Shown: in pieces, positions 1 to 8,699 of the stretch
Position numbering within the stretch: position 1 is the first letter of the stretch
Layout: the number at the start of each line of letters is the position of its first letter
Program-made: the position numbers and the translations under genes
Notes under the pieces: generated by a model
Told to the model about the DNA's origin: nothing
What the model saw: the letters and a program-made list of their open reading frames with translations, nothing else
Databases searched by the model: none
NCBI GenBank assembly: GCA_046292385.1
Contig: JBKBRF010000019.1
Coordinates: 1 to 64,000 of the forward strand
Reading direction: 5' to 3'
DNA from: Armatimonadota bacterium
Lineage (GTDB): Bacteria > Armatimonadota > SYMT01
DNA length: 64,000 nucleotides

Positions 1-270
1 GCACCTGCCAGAAACCATGCCGATGTACGAAGTGTAGTGGAAAGATTCAGCCTCGCTTGATGCTTCGCAGCCACCGCGAGGCTGAATCTTTCTTACAAAC
101 TGCGGAACTTGGGCTAGCAGCTTCAGAATGCGCCCAGCGACCCAACTCGCGTAGCCTCCCATTCGCTTCTCCACCAGGCGCCCGTCCACCAGCTCGTATC
201 CCTTGCCGCCATCCGGTAGCTCCAGCAGGCTCTCTGGTGTATAAAGCATTTCTGCGACTGCGGTGCTCAT
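1..270 (-). pseudogene. Uma2-family (PD-(D/E)xK) endonuclease N-terminal fragment, apparently interrupted at about position 114-117
   Basis: Manual translation from ATG at 270 gives MSTAVAEMLYTPESLLELPDGGKGYELVDGRLVEKRMGGYASWVAGRILKLLA, with the Uma2-type YELVDG-x-LVEK-x-M motif. After CTAG at 114-117 the frame stays open to the window edge but no longer resembles Uma2. Confidence 0.6.
40..92. repeat. Perfect 17-bp inverted repeat (hairpin), probably inside an inserted element
   Basis: GAAAGATTCAGCCTCGC (40-56) and GCGAGGCTGAATCTTTC (76-92). Confidence 0.8.
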
Positions 271-490
271 CAGTGAGGAGGTCCTGAGTAATGGATGGGT
301 CGCGCTGGGCGGTGCATCGACCTCTCGCGCGAGGCGCTGCTGCTGACCTGTCTGACAGATGATACCGAAAACTCGCACTGGCGGGGCGCGCGAGGCCCGC
401 GCGCGGCCGAACAGGAGAAGCCCGCAACTGCATCGCGAAGGTGGCACCGGCGGTCTCGCTCGCGGGTGGATTGGAGAACTGCGTGCGTGC

Positions 491-703
491 TCAGGCCGCG
501 GCTGCCATTTCCTCCTCTAACTTGCTTTTCTCCGCAAGGCTGGTATCGCTGCCGAGACGCGCCTCCACGTTCCGGATCTGCCGGTAGTAGCTCAGGATCA
601 GGTCTTCCGCGTCGGTGGTCCCGGAGTGGGACGTTCCCAGGAACGAGCAGGTGAGCTGCACCGCCAGCTCCATCACGTCTTCATGGTCCAGGCGCTCTGC
701 CAT
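491..703 (-). CDS. Small acidic hypothetical protein (70 aa)
   Basis: Strong SD (GGAAGGAGA) before ATG; helical protein-like composition unlike the GC shadow ORFs. Confidence 0.65.
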   Translation of the reverse strand: MAERLDHEDVMELAVQLTCSFLGTSHSGTTDAEDLILSYYRQIRNVEARLGSDTSLAEKSKLEEEMAAAA

Positions 704-930
704 CTGAGTCTCCTTCCACAGCCTGCGCCGCGCGGGTGAGTCGAGCAGGCAACAACGCCAGTCTGCTGCCCGCCCCGCGCGGGTCTCGAAACGTCGATTC
801 GTCGCCCTCCGTCGGTGCCGGAGGCGAGTGACGGGTCCCGACGGCGATCCTCCTGCCGGTGGAGCGAGCTCCGCCAGTGCTTCCAGGGTGCGCTCCGGCG
901 TGAAAGCGCCGCCGCGAGGACCAGTTCAGG

Positions 931-959
931 TTGACACCGTTCTGGCCGGCGGATAGCAT
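931..959 (+). promoter_or_regulatory. Sigma70-type promoter of the cysteine synthase operon
   Basis: TTGACA (931-936), 17 bp spacer, TAGCAT (954-959). Confidence 0.7.
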
Positions 960-966
960 GTCTACG

Positions 967-991
967 TATTCCGATCAATTTACTCAGGTAT
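967..991. promoter_or_regulatory. Putative Rrf2-family (IscR/CymR-like) operator
   Basis: TATTCCGATCAATTTACTCAGGTAT, an AT-rich imperfect palindrome between the -10 and the start codon; resembles IscR type-1 sites as I recall them. Confidence 0.45.
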
Positions 992-1913
992 GCTGCAAGC
1001 CGTCGAGCGCTCCGGTAACGTCGTCGATCTGATCGGCCACACCCCGCTGCTGCGACTCCGCTCCTTTGAGCAGGATCTCGCGCCGGGAGTAGAGCTGTAC
1101 GCCAAGGCCGAGTGGTACAACCCCGGCGGCTCCGTGAAGGACCGTGCGGCGCTGCAGATGGTGCTGGAGGCGGAGCGCTCCGGCGCGCTGCGGCCGGGCA
1201 CCACCCTTCTGGAGGCGACCTCCGGAAACACCGGGATCGCGCTGGCGATGCTCGGCGCCGCCCGTGGTTACCCGGTGAAGCTGTGCATCCCCGGGCACGT
1301 GAGCGAGGAGCGCAAGCGGATCCTCCGCGCGTACGGTGCGGAGCTGGTCTTCACCGACCCGATGGCGCTCACCGACGGCGCCCAGCGCGAGGCGCGCCGG
1401 CTCTACGACGAGTGCCCGGAGCGCTATTACTACACCGACCAGTACAGCAACCCCGCCAACTGGCGCGCCCACTACCTGACCACCGCCCCCGAGATCTGGG
1501 GCCAGACGGAAGGCCGTATCACCCATTGGGTCGCCGGGCTCGGTACCAGCGGCACCTTCGTCGGCACCACGCGCCGCCTCAAGGAGCTGAATCCGGGAAT
1601 CCGCTGCGTCTCCGCCCAACCGGCCCAGCCGCTCTACCTGCTGGACGGCTGGAAGCACATGGAGACCGCCATGGTGCCGCGGATCTACGACTCGTCGCTG
1701 GCGGACGACAACCTGTGGGTCGAGGACGAGGACGCCCTGGAGATGGTGCGACTCCTGGCCCGGCGGGAAGGCCTCCTGGTGAGCCCCTCCGCCGGCGGCG
1801 CGCTCTGGGCCGCCCTACAGGTCGCCCGCGGGCTCCGAAGCGGCGTCGTAGTGACACTCTTCGCCGACAACGCGATGAAGTACCTGAGCAAGGAGTTCTG
1901 GGACCAACTTTAA
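990..1913 (+). CDS. cysM: PLP-dependent cysteine synthase family protein (CysM/CysK-like)
   Basis: NPGGSVKDR (PLP lysine), EATSGNTG and GLGTSGT motifs; adjacent to a Mec-like JAMM peptidase. Confidence 0.9.
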   Translation: MLQAVERSGNVVDLIGHTPLLRLRSFEQDLAPGVELYAKAEWYNPGGSVKDRAALQMVLEAERSGALRPGTTLLEATSGNTGIALAMLGAARGYPVKLCIPGHVSEERKRILRAYGAELVFTDPMALTDGAQREARRLYDECPERYYYTDQYSNPANWRAHYLTTAPEIWGQTEGRITHWVAGLGTSGTFVGTTRRLKELNPGIRCVSAQPAQPLYLLDGWKHMETAMVPRIYDSSLADDNLWVEDEDALEMVRLLARREGLLVSPSAGGALWAALQVARGLRSGVVVTLFADNAMKYLSKEFWDQL

Positions 1914-2090
1914 AGGGATGCAGGATGGGGGATGAGGGATGAATCCGAACCCTCCGTAGACGGGAGGTCCTGCTCCTGCTCTTTCTCTTTCTCTTGCTCC
2001 TGCTCGCTGGCGACCCCCGCATTCCGCCACGTCCTCGCTAACCCGCAAACCTGCAAACCTGCAACTTGCGAACCTGCAAACCTCCAACCC
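1911..2090 (+). repeat. Intergenic modular repeat copy A1 (GGGATGA-type arm, CCGAACC, CCTGCT-hexamer core, AACCTGC-type arm)
   Basis: Core 1945-2034 closely matches the reverse complement of 29392-29475; left arm closely matches the reverse complement of 59694-59734. Confidence 0.8.
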
Positions 2091-2096
2091 CGAAAG

Positions 2097-2597
2097 ATGC
2101 TCATCCTCACCCCCGAAGCGCTGGAGACGATCCGCGAGCACTCCCGCCGCGGCTATCCGCTCGAGATCTGCGGTCTGCTGGCCGGCTCGGTGGACGGCGA
2201 CGCCCGCACCGTGACGGCGGTGTGGCCGGTCCGCAACTCCTGGGAGGAGGACGCGGAAGAGCGGGCGCGACTCATTGCCGCGATGGAAGCCTCGGGCGCG
2301 CAGAGCGCGGGCGGTTGGGACGACTTTTCAGAGGAGCGGCGCTTCCTGGTTTCTCCGGCCGACATGCTCCAGGCGATGAAGCGCGAGCGCGCGGAAGGCG
2401 TGAAGGTGGTCGGGGTCTACCACACCCATCCCAACCACCCGGCGCAGCCCTCGCAGTTCGACCTCGACGCCGCGTGGCCGGAGTGGTCCTACCTGATCCT
2501 CTCCGTGCGCGGCGGCGAGGTCGCCGAAGAGCGCAGCTGGGTGCTGAACGAGGCGGAGGGACGCTTCGTCGAGGAGCAGGTGCTCACCGAGAGGTAG
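2097..2597 (+). CDS. M67/JAMM (Mov34/MPN) metallopeptidase, Mec (CysO-cysteine peptidase)-like
   Basis: EICGLL and YHTHPNHPAQPSQFD (HxH-x7-S-x2-D) motifs; start moved to ATG 2097 because the upstream part of the ORF translates the repeat. Confidence 0.88.
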   Translation: MLILTPEALETIREHSRRGYPLEICGLLAGSVDGDARTVTAVWPVRNSWEEDAEERARLIAAMEASGAQSAGGWDDFSEERRFLVSPADMLQAMKRERAEGVKVVGVYHTHPNHPAQPSQFDLDAAWPEWSYLILSVRGGEVAEERSWVLNEAEGRFVEEQVLTER

Positions 2598-2604
2598 CGG
2601 ACTG

Positions 2605-2757
2605 GCGTATTGCGTATCGCGTATTCCGTAGCGGAGCGCAGCTACCTCAGCCCAGAGATCCTGCCGGGCGAGGCGCTGCAAAGGTTTTCCGCCCGGCACG
2701 ATGTACCGGTTCAGAGGACGGAGCAGCTCGCTACGGAATACGCGATACGCAATACGC
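2605..2757. repeat. MITE-like element with perfect 29-bp heptamer-built terminal inverted repeats (family B, copy 1)
   Basis: GCGTATTGCGTATCGCGTATTCCGTAGCG (2605-2633) and its exact reverse complement (2729-2757); internal TGCCGGGCG/CGCCCGGCA stem; second copy at 54046-54195. Confidence 0.85.
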
Positions 2758-2763
2758 TCCCCC

Positions 2764-3225
2764 CTACCGCGCCCGAGACGACGCCGCCGGGCTCTCCGCC
2801 GTCTCCGGGGGCGACGGAGCATTCTTGCGATGCCCGCCGCTGGTGAGCACCACGCCGACCCCGATGCTGATCATGATCACCCCGAGCCAGCGTTGGGGGG
2901 TGACGTCTTCCCGCAGCCACAGCTTGGCGAGGAGCGTCAGGATCAGGTAGTTCATCGCTCCGGCCGGAACCACTACACTCACGTCCGCGCGCGAGAGCAG
3001 GCCGAGCAGGGCGCTGAAATGGATCGCCAGGATGGCGGTCCCCAGGATCACCCCGGGCGTGGTAAGCACGTAGCGCAGCAGTCGCCCGATCTCGGGTAGG
3101 GAGATCGTCTCCATCGGCGGCATGCCGCGCATGGAGCGGCCGAGGATGAGTTGGCCGCAGATCCCGAAGCCGACGAAGATCAGGACCCCGGCGAGAGTCT
3201 TCCAGTCCACAGCCCCGCTCCTCAT
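2764..3225 (-). CDS. EamA/DMT-family small membrane transporter
   Basis: About 4 hydrophobic segments, LSRADVSVVVP and LREDV..RWLGV motifs; ATGA overlap with the upstream deacetylase. Confidence 0.8.
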   Translation of the reverse strand: MRSGAVDWKTLAGVLIFVGFGICGQLILGRSMRGMPPMETISLPEIGRLLRYVLTTPGVILGTAILAIHFSALLGLLSRADVSVVVPAGAMNYLILTLLAKLWLREDVTPQRWLGVIMISIGVGVVLTSGGHRKNAPSPPETAESPAASSRAR

Positions 3226-4052
3226 GCGCTCCGGACCACGGGAAAGAGCCGCTCCAGCTCCTCGGCCGCCGGCTGACGGCCGTACTCGCTGATCTGGAAC
3301 GCCTCCGCGAATGCGCAGCCGGACGGCACCTTCTCCGGCGCCAGCTCGCGGCAGCTCTCCGTCACCGTACGAGCCCGGGATTCCATCCATGCGCGCGCCA
3401 TCCGCCGGCGCCCCTCCGCGTCGGGCGGCACCTGGTCGAGCGTGCCCATGTTGTAGGGGAGCCACTCGAAGAACTGCGACTCGTGCGCCGCCATGATTTC
3501 CAGCTTGTGGTCCATCACGCTGTCGATCGGCACCACCACGTCCGGGCGGAAGGGGCCGCCCTCGCGGAACCGGTCCCACCAGTAGGCGAAGACCGGCATC
3601 CGGTCGAGGTGCCGGGTTTCCGGGCACATCGGCGGGACGGTGAGCATGAAGGTGGCGTCGAGCACGAGCTGCGTGGTGTAGCGGTGATCGCGGTGGTAGT
3701 CGTTCGGCCGGTTCACGATCACCAGGTCCGGCCCCTGGCCTTCCGGCCCGAAGGAGCGGATCAGGCGGATCATCTGCTCCGTCAGCACTTCGGTCACGTA
3801 GACGGAGCCGTCGTGGACGCCCATCGTCTCATACTCGCCGCCGAAGACTTCCACGGCGCGCTGCGCCTCCTCCAGCCGCCGCGCGGCGAGCGCCGCCCGG
3901 TTCGAGACGTACTCCGGGTAGTAGTGGCCGCGGTCGCCATTGGTGACGGAGACGAACTTGACGCGATCCCCGCGCTGCGCGAACAGTGCCGCGACGCCGC
4001 CGCAGGCGAAGTCGCAATCGTCCGGGTGCGCCCCGATGAACAAGACGTACAT
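3222..4052 (-). CDS. PIG-L/LmbE-family N-acetylglucosaminyl deacetylase
   Basis: GAHPDD, VTNGDRG, YHRDH and AHESQ motifs; SD before ATG 4052. Confidence 0.9.
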   Translation of the reverse strand: MYVLFIGAHPDDCDFACGGVAALFAQRGDRVKFVSVTNGDRGHYYPEYVSNRAALAARRLEEAQRAVEVFGGEYETMGVHDGSVYVTEVLTEQMIRLIRSFGPEGQGPDLVIVNRPNDYHRDHRYTTQLVLDATFMLTVPPMCPETRHLDRMPVFAYWWDRFREGGPFRPDVVVPIDSVMDHKLEIMAAHESQFFEWLPYNMGTLDQVPPDAEGRRRMARAWMESRARTVTESCRELAPEKVPSGCAFAEAFQISEYGRQPAAEELERLFPVVRSA

Positions 4053-4086
4053 GTTGCTGATCGTATCCTTGAAGTTCTCACGCGGT

Positions 4087-4271
4087 TGAGTGGGAGCAAG
4101 GGAGAGTGGGGGAGTCGGAGATCCGAACCCTCCGTACACGGGGACTCCTACTCCTACTCGTTCTCATACTCTTACTCGAAGTCGCTCTGGGATAGCTGTG
4201 CTCTGCGCCAAGAGATCACCGCTCACGCAGGCGGTTTCTCCCACTCTCCCTTGCGCCCACTCTCCCACTCA
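4087..4271 (+). repeat. Intergenic modular repeat copy A2 (GGGAGAGT-type inverted arms, CCGAACC, CCTACT-hexamer core)
   Basis: Core 4122-4217 matches the reverse complement of 59606-59700; the arms 4087-4114 and 4238-4271 are mutually complementary. Confidence 0.8.
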
Positions 4272-4282
4272 GTTCAAGGGTG

Positions 4283-6883
4283 CTAGCCCGGCAGAGCCGG
4301 CTCCACCACCTCCCAGCGGTCCTTCCGGCGCGCCAGGAGCATCAGGAAGCTCTTTCCTTCCACGGTGTATCGCACTACGGCGAGGTCGCCGGACTTGAGC
4401 GCCGAGTAGGGGAAGCGGCTCAGCGACGCCGGCTCGGCGGGTGGGTTGCCGCGAAGCTGGTGCTGGATCTGCGGATAGGTAAAGAGCAGCCCCACGTCCC
4501 AGCGGGAGAAGCGGGTATCGAGCTCCGGCTTCGGCGGCTCGCCCGAGAACGGCGGCTTGCCGTGGTCCGGCCGCGTCTCCCACTGCTTGGACCACTCCCC
4601 CAGGTCGGCGGCGAAACCGGGGGCTTCCGGGCTGGTGAGGGCGTGCAGCGCGGGAAGCTCACCGCGGCCCCAGGCCTGCAGGTAGCTCCCGGCCGCCGCC
4701 ACCGCTCCGTCCCCCGCCGCGGGAGCGTAGGGCTGGCCGAAGAGCGCCTGGTCGCCGGGAACGGCGCTGATCCCCTCCGTGTCCGGGCGCGGCGGGCCGG
4801 CTACCTTCCAGCCGTCGGCCCCGCGGTGGGCGAGCAGCAGCACGTTTACGCCTTCCGCGGCGCGGTAGCCGACCAGCGCCCATTCCGGCCGCTCCAGCGA
4901 CTCCCGCAGCGGGGTGAGATCGTCCTGCTGCAGGTCGACGCCGAAGAGCAGCGCGTAGGTGAGCCGCGGGGCGGCCAGCGCCGCGTGCAGCTCTTCCTTC
5001 TTGAGCGCGCGGACCGCCGGCGGCACGTAGAAGGAGTGCTGCGCGAGGAACTGCTCCGCCTCGGGCGAGTAGGTGGGGGTGAGCGGGGAGGTGAGGGCGT
5101 GGACCCGCTTCAGATCGCCCGCGGAGAGCGCCTGGAGATACTCGAAGGCGAGATCCCGCACCGCCGGCAGCTCGGAGGCGGCCGGCACCGCGGGCGGATA
5201 GAGCAGCGGGGCCAGCAGCCGTGGGTCCGGCTCGCCCTCGGCGACCCCGGCCCCCGGCGCCAGCTTCACGTCGCCGAGGCTGATACCCGGGCGGTCGGCC
5301 GGCACCGGGAACGGGCCGGCCTGCAGGAGCGGCGGCTCGACCACCGGCGCGTTCCCCTGCGGCTTCGGGAGCGCCGGACGAACCGCCACGTGGAGCTCCA
5401 CGCCCCGGGGCACGCCGAACACCTCGAAGCGGCCGGCGGCGTCGGTGACGCTCACACCCGCCACCTCGCGCTTGCCGCGGAGGGGATACCAGAGGATCAC
5501 GCTCGCGCCGGGGAGGGGGGCGCCGTCACCGCCGAGAGCGCGGCCCTGCACCGTCATCAACACGCGCGGGGTCAGCGTGAGCGTGAGCGGCTCCTTCAGG
5601 GTGGAGGGATCGCCGACCCACTCGCCGATCAGGTTGTCCTTCACCGCGCGGACCACCACCTGCTTCGCATGCCACGGGAAGCCGGGGAACTCGAAGGCGC
5701 CGGTCGCGTCGGTGCGGACGGTCGTCTCCGGAGCGGGCGGCCACGCCACCGCCGGTCGCCCGATCTCCACCTCGATCCGCGCGTTCACCACCGGAACCGG
5801 CTCGGCCGGAGGGGCCTCTTTCTTCGCCTTCGCGTCCGCGGTGGGCTTCGGCTGCGGCTTCGCCGGGTCGGGCACCGGGATCGCGCCTTCGGTGCGGACG
5901 AGCGCCAGGACTTTTCCCTTGAACGGCTCCACGGAGCCCTGCAGGCGGACCGGGCCGGCGGTGTCCCCCGCGGGGACTTCCACTGGGAAGACGCGGCCCT
6001 GGAACGCCAGCTCGTAGCGGCCGGGGACCACGTTCTGCAGCCGGACCACCCCTTTCGGATCGGTCTCGATCAGGCGCGAGTTGCCGAAGGAGCGGTCACG
6101 CGCGCTCGCCAGCAGCGCCCCGAGCGGGGTGGAGGTGCTCGCGGAGGCGCGGCGGATTCGGAACGCGGCGCGCGGGAACGGCTTGCCGTCCGCCCCCACC
6201 GCCTCTACCGCGAGGGTACCGGGGCGCACCACCACCAGCGCGTCCTGCGGCTGGGGGTCGCCGGCGGTCAGCGAGACGGGGAAGCCCTCGGACGGAATCC
6301 AGCCTCCACTCACTTCCAGGCGCACCTGCCAGCCGGAGGGGAGACCGTCGAGCCGGAAGCGGCCGGCGGCGTCCGACTCCGCGCGCAGGCTGCCGATCAG
6401 GTCCGGCGGGGCGGGAAAGTAGGCGTCTGCCGGCCCCGTACCCGGGACCGGCCGCATCGCGCGGATGCCGACCGTCACCCCGGCGGCGGGGGCGGCATTG
6501 GTCCCCAGCAGCCGGCCTGCCACCGCCGCGGCGGGAGCCAGGGAGAGGCGCGCGGGCAGGCGGATCTCTTGATCGAGCCTGGCCGCGGACGTCTTCAGCG
6601 GCAGCCAGGTCGGCGCCGTGCCCGGGGCGGAGCCGCCGAGCGTGAGCGCCTCGATGCCGGCGGCGCGGGCGAGCAGCTCGAACTTTCCGGCGGCATCGGT
6701 CTTTCCCTGGGCGAGGCCCTGCTGACGGTCCCGCGTGGCCCAGCCGACCCAGACCCGCGCTCCCGCCGCCGGCTTCTTGCTCGGCAGCAGCACCTGTCCG
6801 GAGACCCGGTAGGTCTCCGCCTGGGCCGGCCGCGGCAGCAGGACCGGAAGCGAGATCAGGATCAAGGCGACGAAAGACCGCAT
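4283..6883 (-). CDS. Secreted protein with repeated carboxypeptidase-regulatory-like (beta-sandwich) domains
   Basis: Signal peptide MRSFVALILISLPVLLPRPAQA; repeated GxV..P..GA.V and TDAxGxF motifs. Confidence 0.75.
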   Translation of the reverse strand: MRSFVALILISLPVLLPRPAQAETYRVSGQVLLPSKKPAAGARVWVGWATRDRQQGLAQGKTDAAGKFELLARAAGIEALTLGGSAPGTAPTWLPLKTSAARLDQEIRLPARLSLAPAAAVAGRLLGTNAAPAAGVTVGIRAMRPVPGTGPADAYFPAPPDLIGSLRAESDAAGRFRLDGLPSGWQVRLEVSGGWIPSEGFPVSLTAGDPQPQDALVVVRPGTLAVEAVGADGKPFPRAAFRIRRASASTSTPLGALLASARDRSFGNSRLIETDPKGVVRLQNVVPGRYELAFQGRVFPVEVPAGDTAGPVRLQGSVEPFKGKVLALVRTEGAIPVPDPAKPQPKPTADAKAKKEAPPAEPVPVVNARIEVEIGRPAVAWPPAPETTVRTDATGAFEFPGFPWHAKQVVVRAVKDNLIGEWVGDPSTLKEPLTLTLTPRVLMTVQGRALGGDGAPLPGASVILWYPLRGKREVAGVSVTDAAGRFEVFGVPRGVELHVAVRPALPKPQGNAPVVEPPLLQAGPFPVPADRPGISLGDVKLAPGAGVAEGEPDPRLLAPLLYPPAVPAASELPAVRDLAFEYLQALSAGDLKRVHALTSPLTPTYSPEAEQFLAQHSFYVPPAVRALKKEELHAALAAPRLTYALLFGVDLQQDDLTPLRESLERPEWALVGYRAAEGVNVLLLAHRGADGWKVAGPPRPDTEGISAVPGDQALFGQPYAPAAGDGAVAAAGSYLQAWGRGELPALHALTSPEAPGFAADLGEWSKQWETRPDHGKPPFSGEPPKPELDTRFSRWDVGLLFTYPQIQHQLRGNPPAEPASLSRFPYSALKSGDLAVVRYTVEGKSFLMLLARRKDRWEVVEPALPG

Positions 6884-6987
6884 GGCGCCACTCCAGTTAC
6901 CGAGGGGCGAAGTCACAGCCAGAGCCGGCGCCCGAGGGAAAACTTCACCCGGCCGCGGAAGCGTCCCTCCGCGGGGTGCCGTCGCCG

Positions 6988-7073
6988 GGTTGCAGGTTGA
7001 CAGGTTGCAGGTTTCAGGTTCCGAACCCCGTCTCCGGAGGGCTCAACGTACAACCTGCAACCTGCTAACCTGG
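6988..7073. repeat. Heptamer inverted-arm element (GGTTGCA.../...AACCTGC) with CCGAACC at the junction
   Basis: GGTTGCAGGTTGACAGGTTGCAGGTTTCAGGTT, then CCGAACC (7021-7027), then AACCTGCAACCTGCTAACCTGG. Confidence 0.75.
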
Positions 7074-7076
7074 AAG

Positions 7077-8297
7077 TTACGGTCGCCGCAGGCGGGCGAA
7101 CTTGCGGCGGCCTACCTGCACGACCATCCCGTCCCGCACGTCGATCTCGGCGTCCGGGCTCTCCACGCGCTCGCCGTCGAGCGAGACCGCTCCCTGCTCC
7201 ACCATCCGGCGCGCCTCGCGGGAGCCGTTCACCAGGCCGGCCCCCGTGAGGAGACGGGCGATCCAGACCCGGCCGGAGTCGTTGAAGAGATCCGCGGGCA
7301 GGGCGACCTCCGGCATCTCCTGCGGCAGTTCCCGTCGGCTGTGGACCCGCTCCCACTCCGCGCGCGCTTCCGTGGCTGCATCCGCGCTGTGGTAGGTGGT
7401 CACGATCTCCGCGGCGAGCTGTTTCTTCGCCTCCATCGGGTGCTCCGCCACGCGGCGCTTCCACTCTTCCGGCGGCACCGCGGAGAGGAGATCGTAGTAG
7501 GTGCCCATCGTCCCGTCATCGACGCTCATGATCTTGCTGAACATCGACTGCGGCTCTTCGGTGACGCCGACGTAGTTGCCGAGCGACTTGCTCATCTTCT
7601 GGGAGCCGTCGGTCCCCACCAGGAGCGGCATCAGCATCGCCACCTGCTGCTCCAGGCCGTAGCTCGACTGGATGTCCCGGCCCATCAGGATGTTGAAGCG
7701 CTGGTCGCTGCCGCCGAGCTCCACGTCCGCCCGCAGGTGCACGGAGTCGTACGACTGCGCGAAAGCATACATGAACTCGTGGACGGCGATCGGCCGCCCC
7801 TGGGCGAAGCGCTTGCTGAAGTCGTCGCGCTCCAGCAGGCGGGCGACGGTGAAGCGGGACGTGAGCTTCACCACGTCCGCGAAGTTCATGGCGCCGAGCC
7901 AGTCGTTGTTGTAGACGATGTGGGTGCGCTCCGGATCGAGCACCTTGAACACCTGCTCCTGGTAGGTGCGGGCGTTCTCGCGCACTTCCTCTTCGGTCAG
8001 CGGCTTCCGCGTCTCCGACTTGCCGGTAGGGTCGCCGATGATGGCGGTGAAGTCGCCGATGATCAGGAAGAGCTCGTGGCCCAGGTCCTGGAACTGCTTC
8101 AGCTTGCGGAGCACCACCGTGTGTCCGAGGTGGATATCCGGCGCGGTGGGGTCCATCCCCAGCTTGACGCGAAGGGGACGGCCGGTCTCCCGGGAGCGGA
8201 TCAGCTTGCTCACCAGGTCGGCTTCCGGGACGATGTCGACGCCGCCCGCTTTGAGCCACTCGACTTGCTGCTGCGGGGAGAGATCCTGGGGGTTCAT
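7077..8297 (-). CDS. tyrS: Tyrosine--tRNA ligase
   Basis: GMDPTAPDIHLGH (HIGH), ELGGSDQRFN, KMSKS and a C-terminal S4 domain ending QVGRRKF. Confidence 0.97.
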   Translation of the reverse strand: MNPQDLSPQQQVEWLKAGGVDIVPEADLVSKLIRSRETGRPLRVKLGMDPTAPDIHLGHTVVLRKLKQFQDLGHELFLIIGDFTAIIGDPTGKSETRKPLTEEEVRENARTYQEQVFKVLDPERTHIVYNNDWLGAMNFADVVKLTSRFTVARLLERDDFSKRFAQGRPIAVHEFMYAFAQSYDSVHLRADVELGGSDQRFNILMGRDIQSSYGLEQQVAMLMPLLVGTDGSQKMSKSLGNYVGVTEEPQSMFSKIMSVDDGTMGTYYDLLSAVPPEEWKRRVAEHPMEAKKQLAAEIVTTYHSADAATEARAEWERVHSRRELPQEMPEVALPADLFNDSGRVWIARLLTGAGLVNGSREARRMVEQGAVSLDGERVESPDAEIDVRDGMVVQVGRRKFARLRRP

Positions 8298-8466
8298 CGG
8301 AAGGGAGCTCCGGGCGGGACCGGGCGGTGGGGCGGGGCGCACACTCACCGCGGCGCCCGCGGAAATGATAAAATGCGGCGTCGGCTCCGGCGGTCGGAGC
8401 GGCGCCCGCATCCTCGCCGGCGCCTCGCCAGAACCGCCGCGCCGGCGCCGTGGGACGGAACGCGCA

Positions 8467-8496
8467 ATTCTATCACGCGGCTTTTTTGCCCTTCAA
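8467..8496 (-). promoter_or_regulatory. Putative sigma70 promoter of tyrS
   Basis: Minus strand TTGAAG, 18 bp spacer, TGA-TAGAAT (extended -10); a divergent TATACT lies at 8514-8519. Confidence 0.5.
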
Positions 8497-8699
8497 GCGG
8501 CAGTGGTGGGGCATATACTAGGGGAGTGCGGCTCCCGCCCGGGGGCCGGACCTCGCCGCACGGGCCACTCGTGACGCGAGCGATTGACGAACAGGTGACG
8601 GCGGCGCCGGTGAATGAGCTTCCGGTGCTCCCGTGCGGCGCGGCCCGTCCCCAGCGGCCGTGAGCAGACCCGATCCCTCGTGCCACGACACGGGGCAGG

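Noticed and set aside
1932..2096. Cys/Ser-rich N-terminal extension of the JAMM protein, and similar extensions at 4053-4139 and 54063-54212
   Set aside because: These are translations of intergenic repeat elements, not protein sequence
4280..7000. Very long antisense or alternative-frame ORFs (for example 4280-7000 +, 24954-27824 -, 43661-47479 -, 12436-14574 +)
   Set aside because: Shadow ORFs of real genes in high-GC DNA; Arg/Gly/Ala-rich with no motifs
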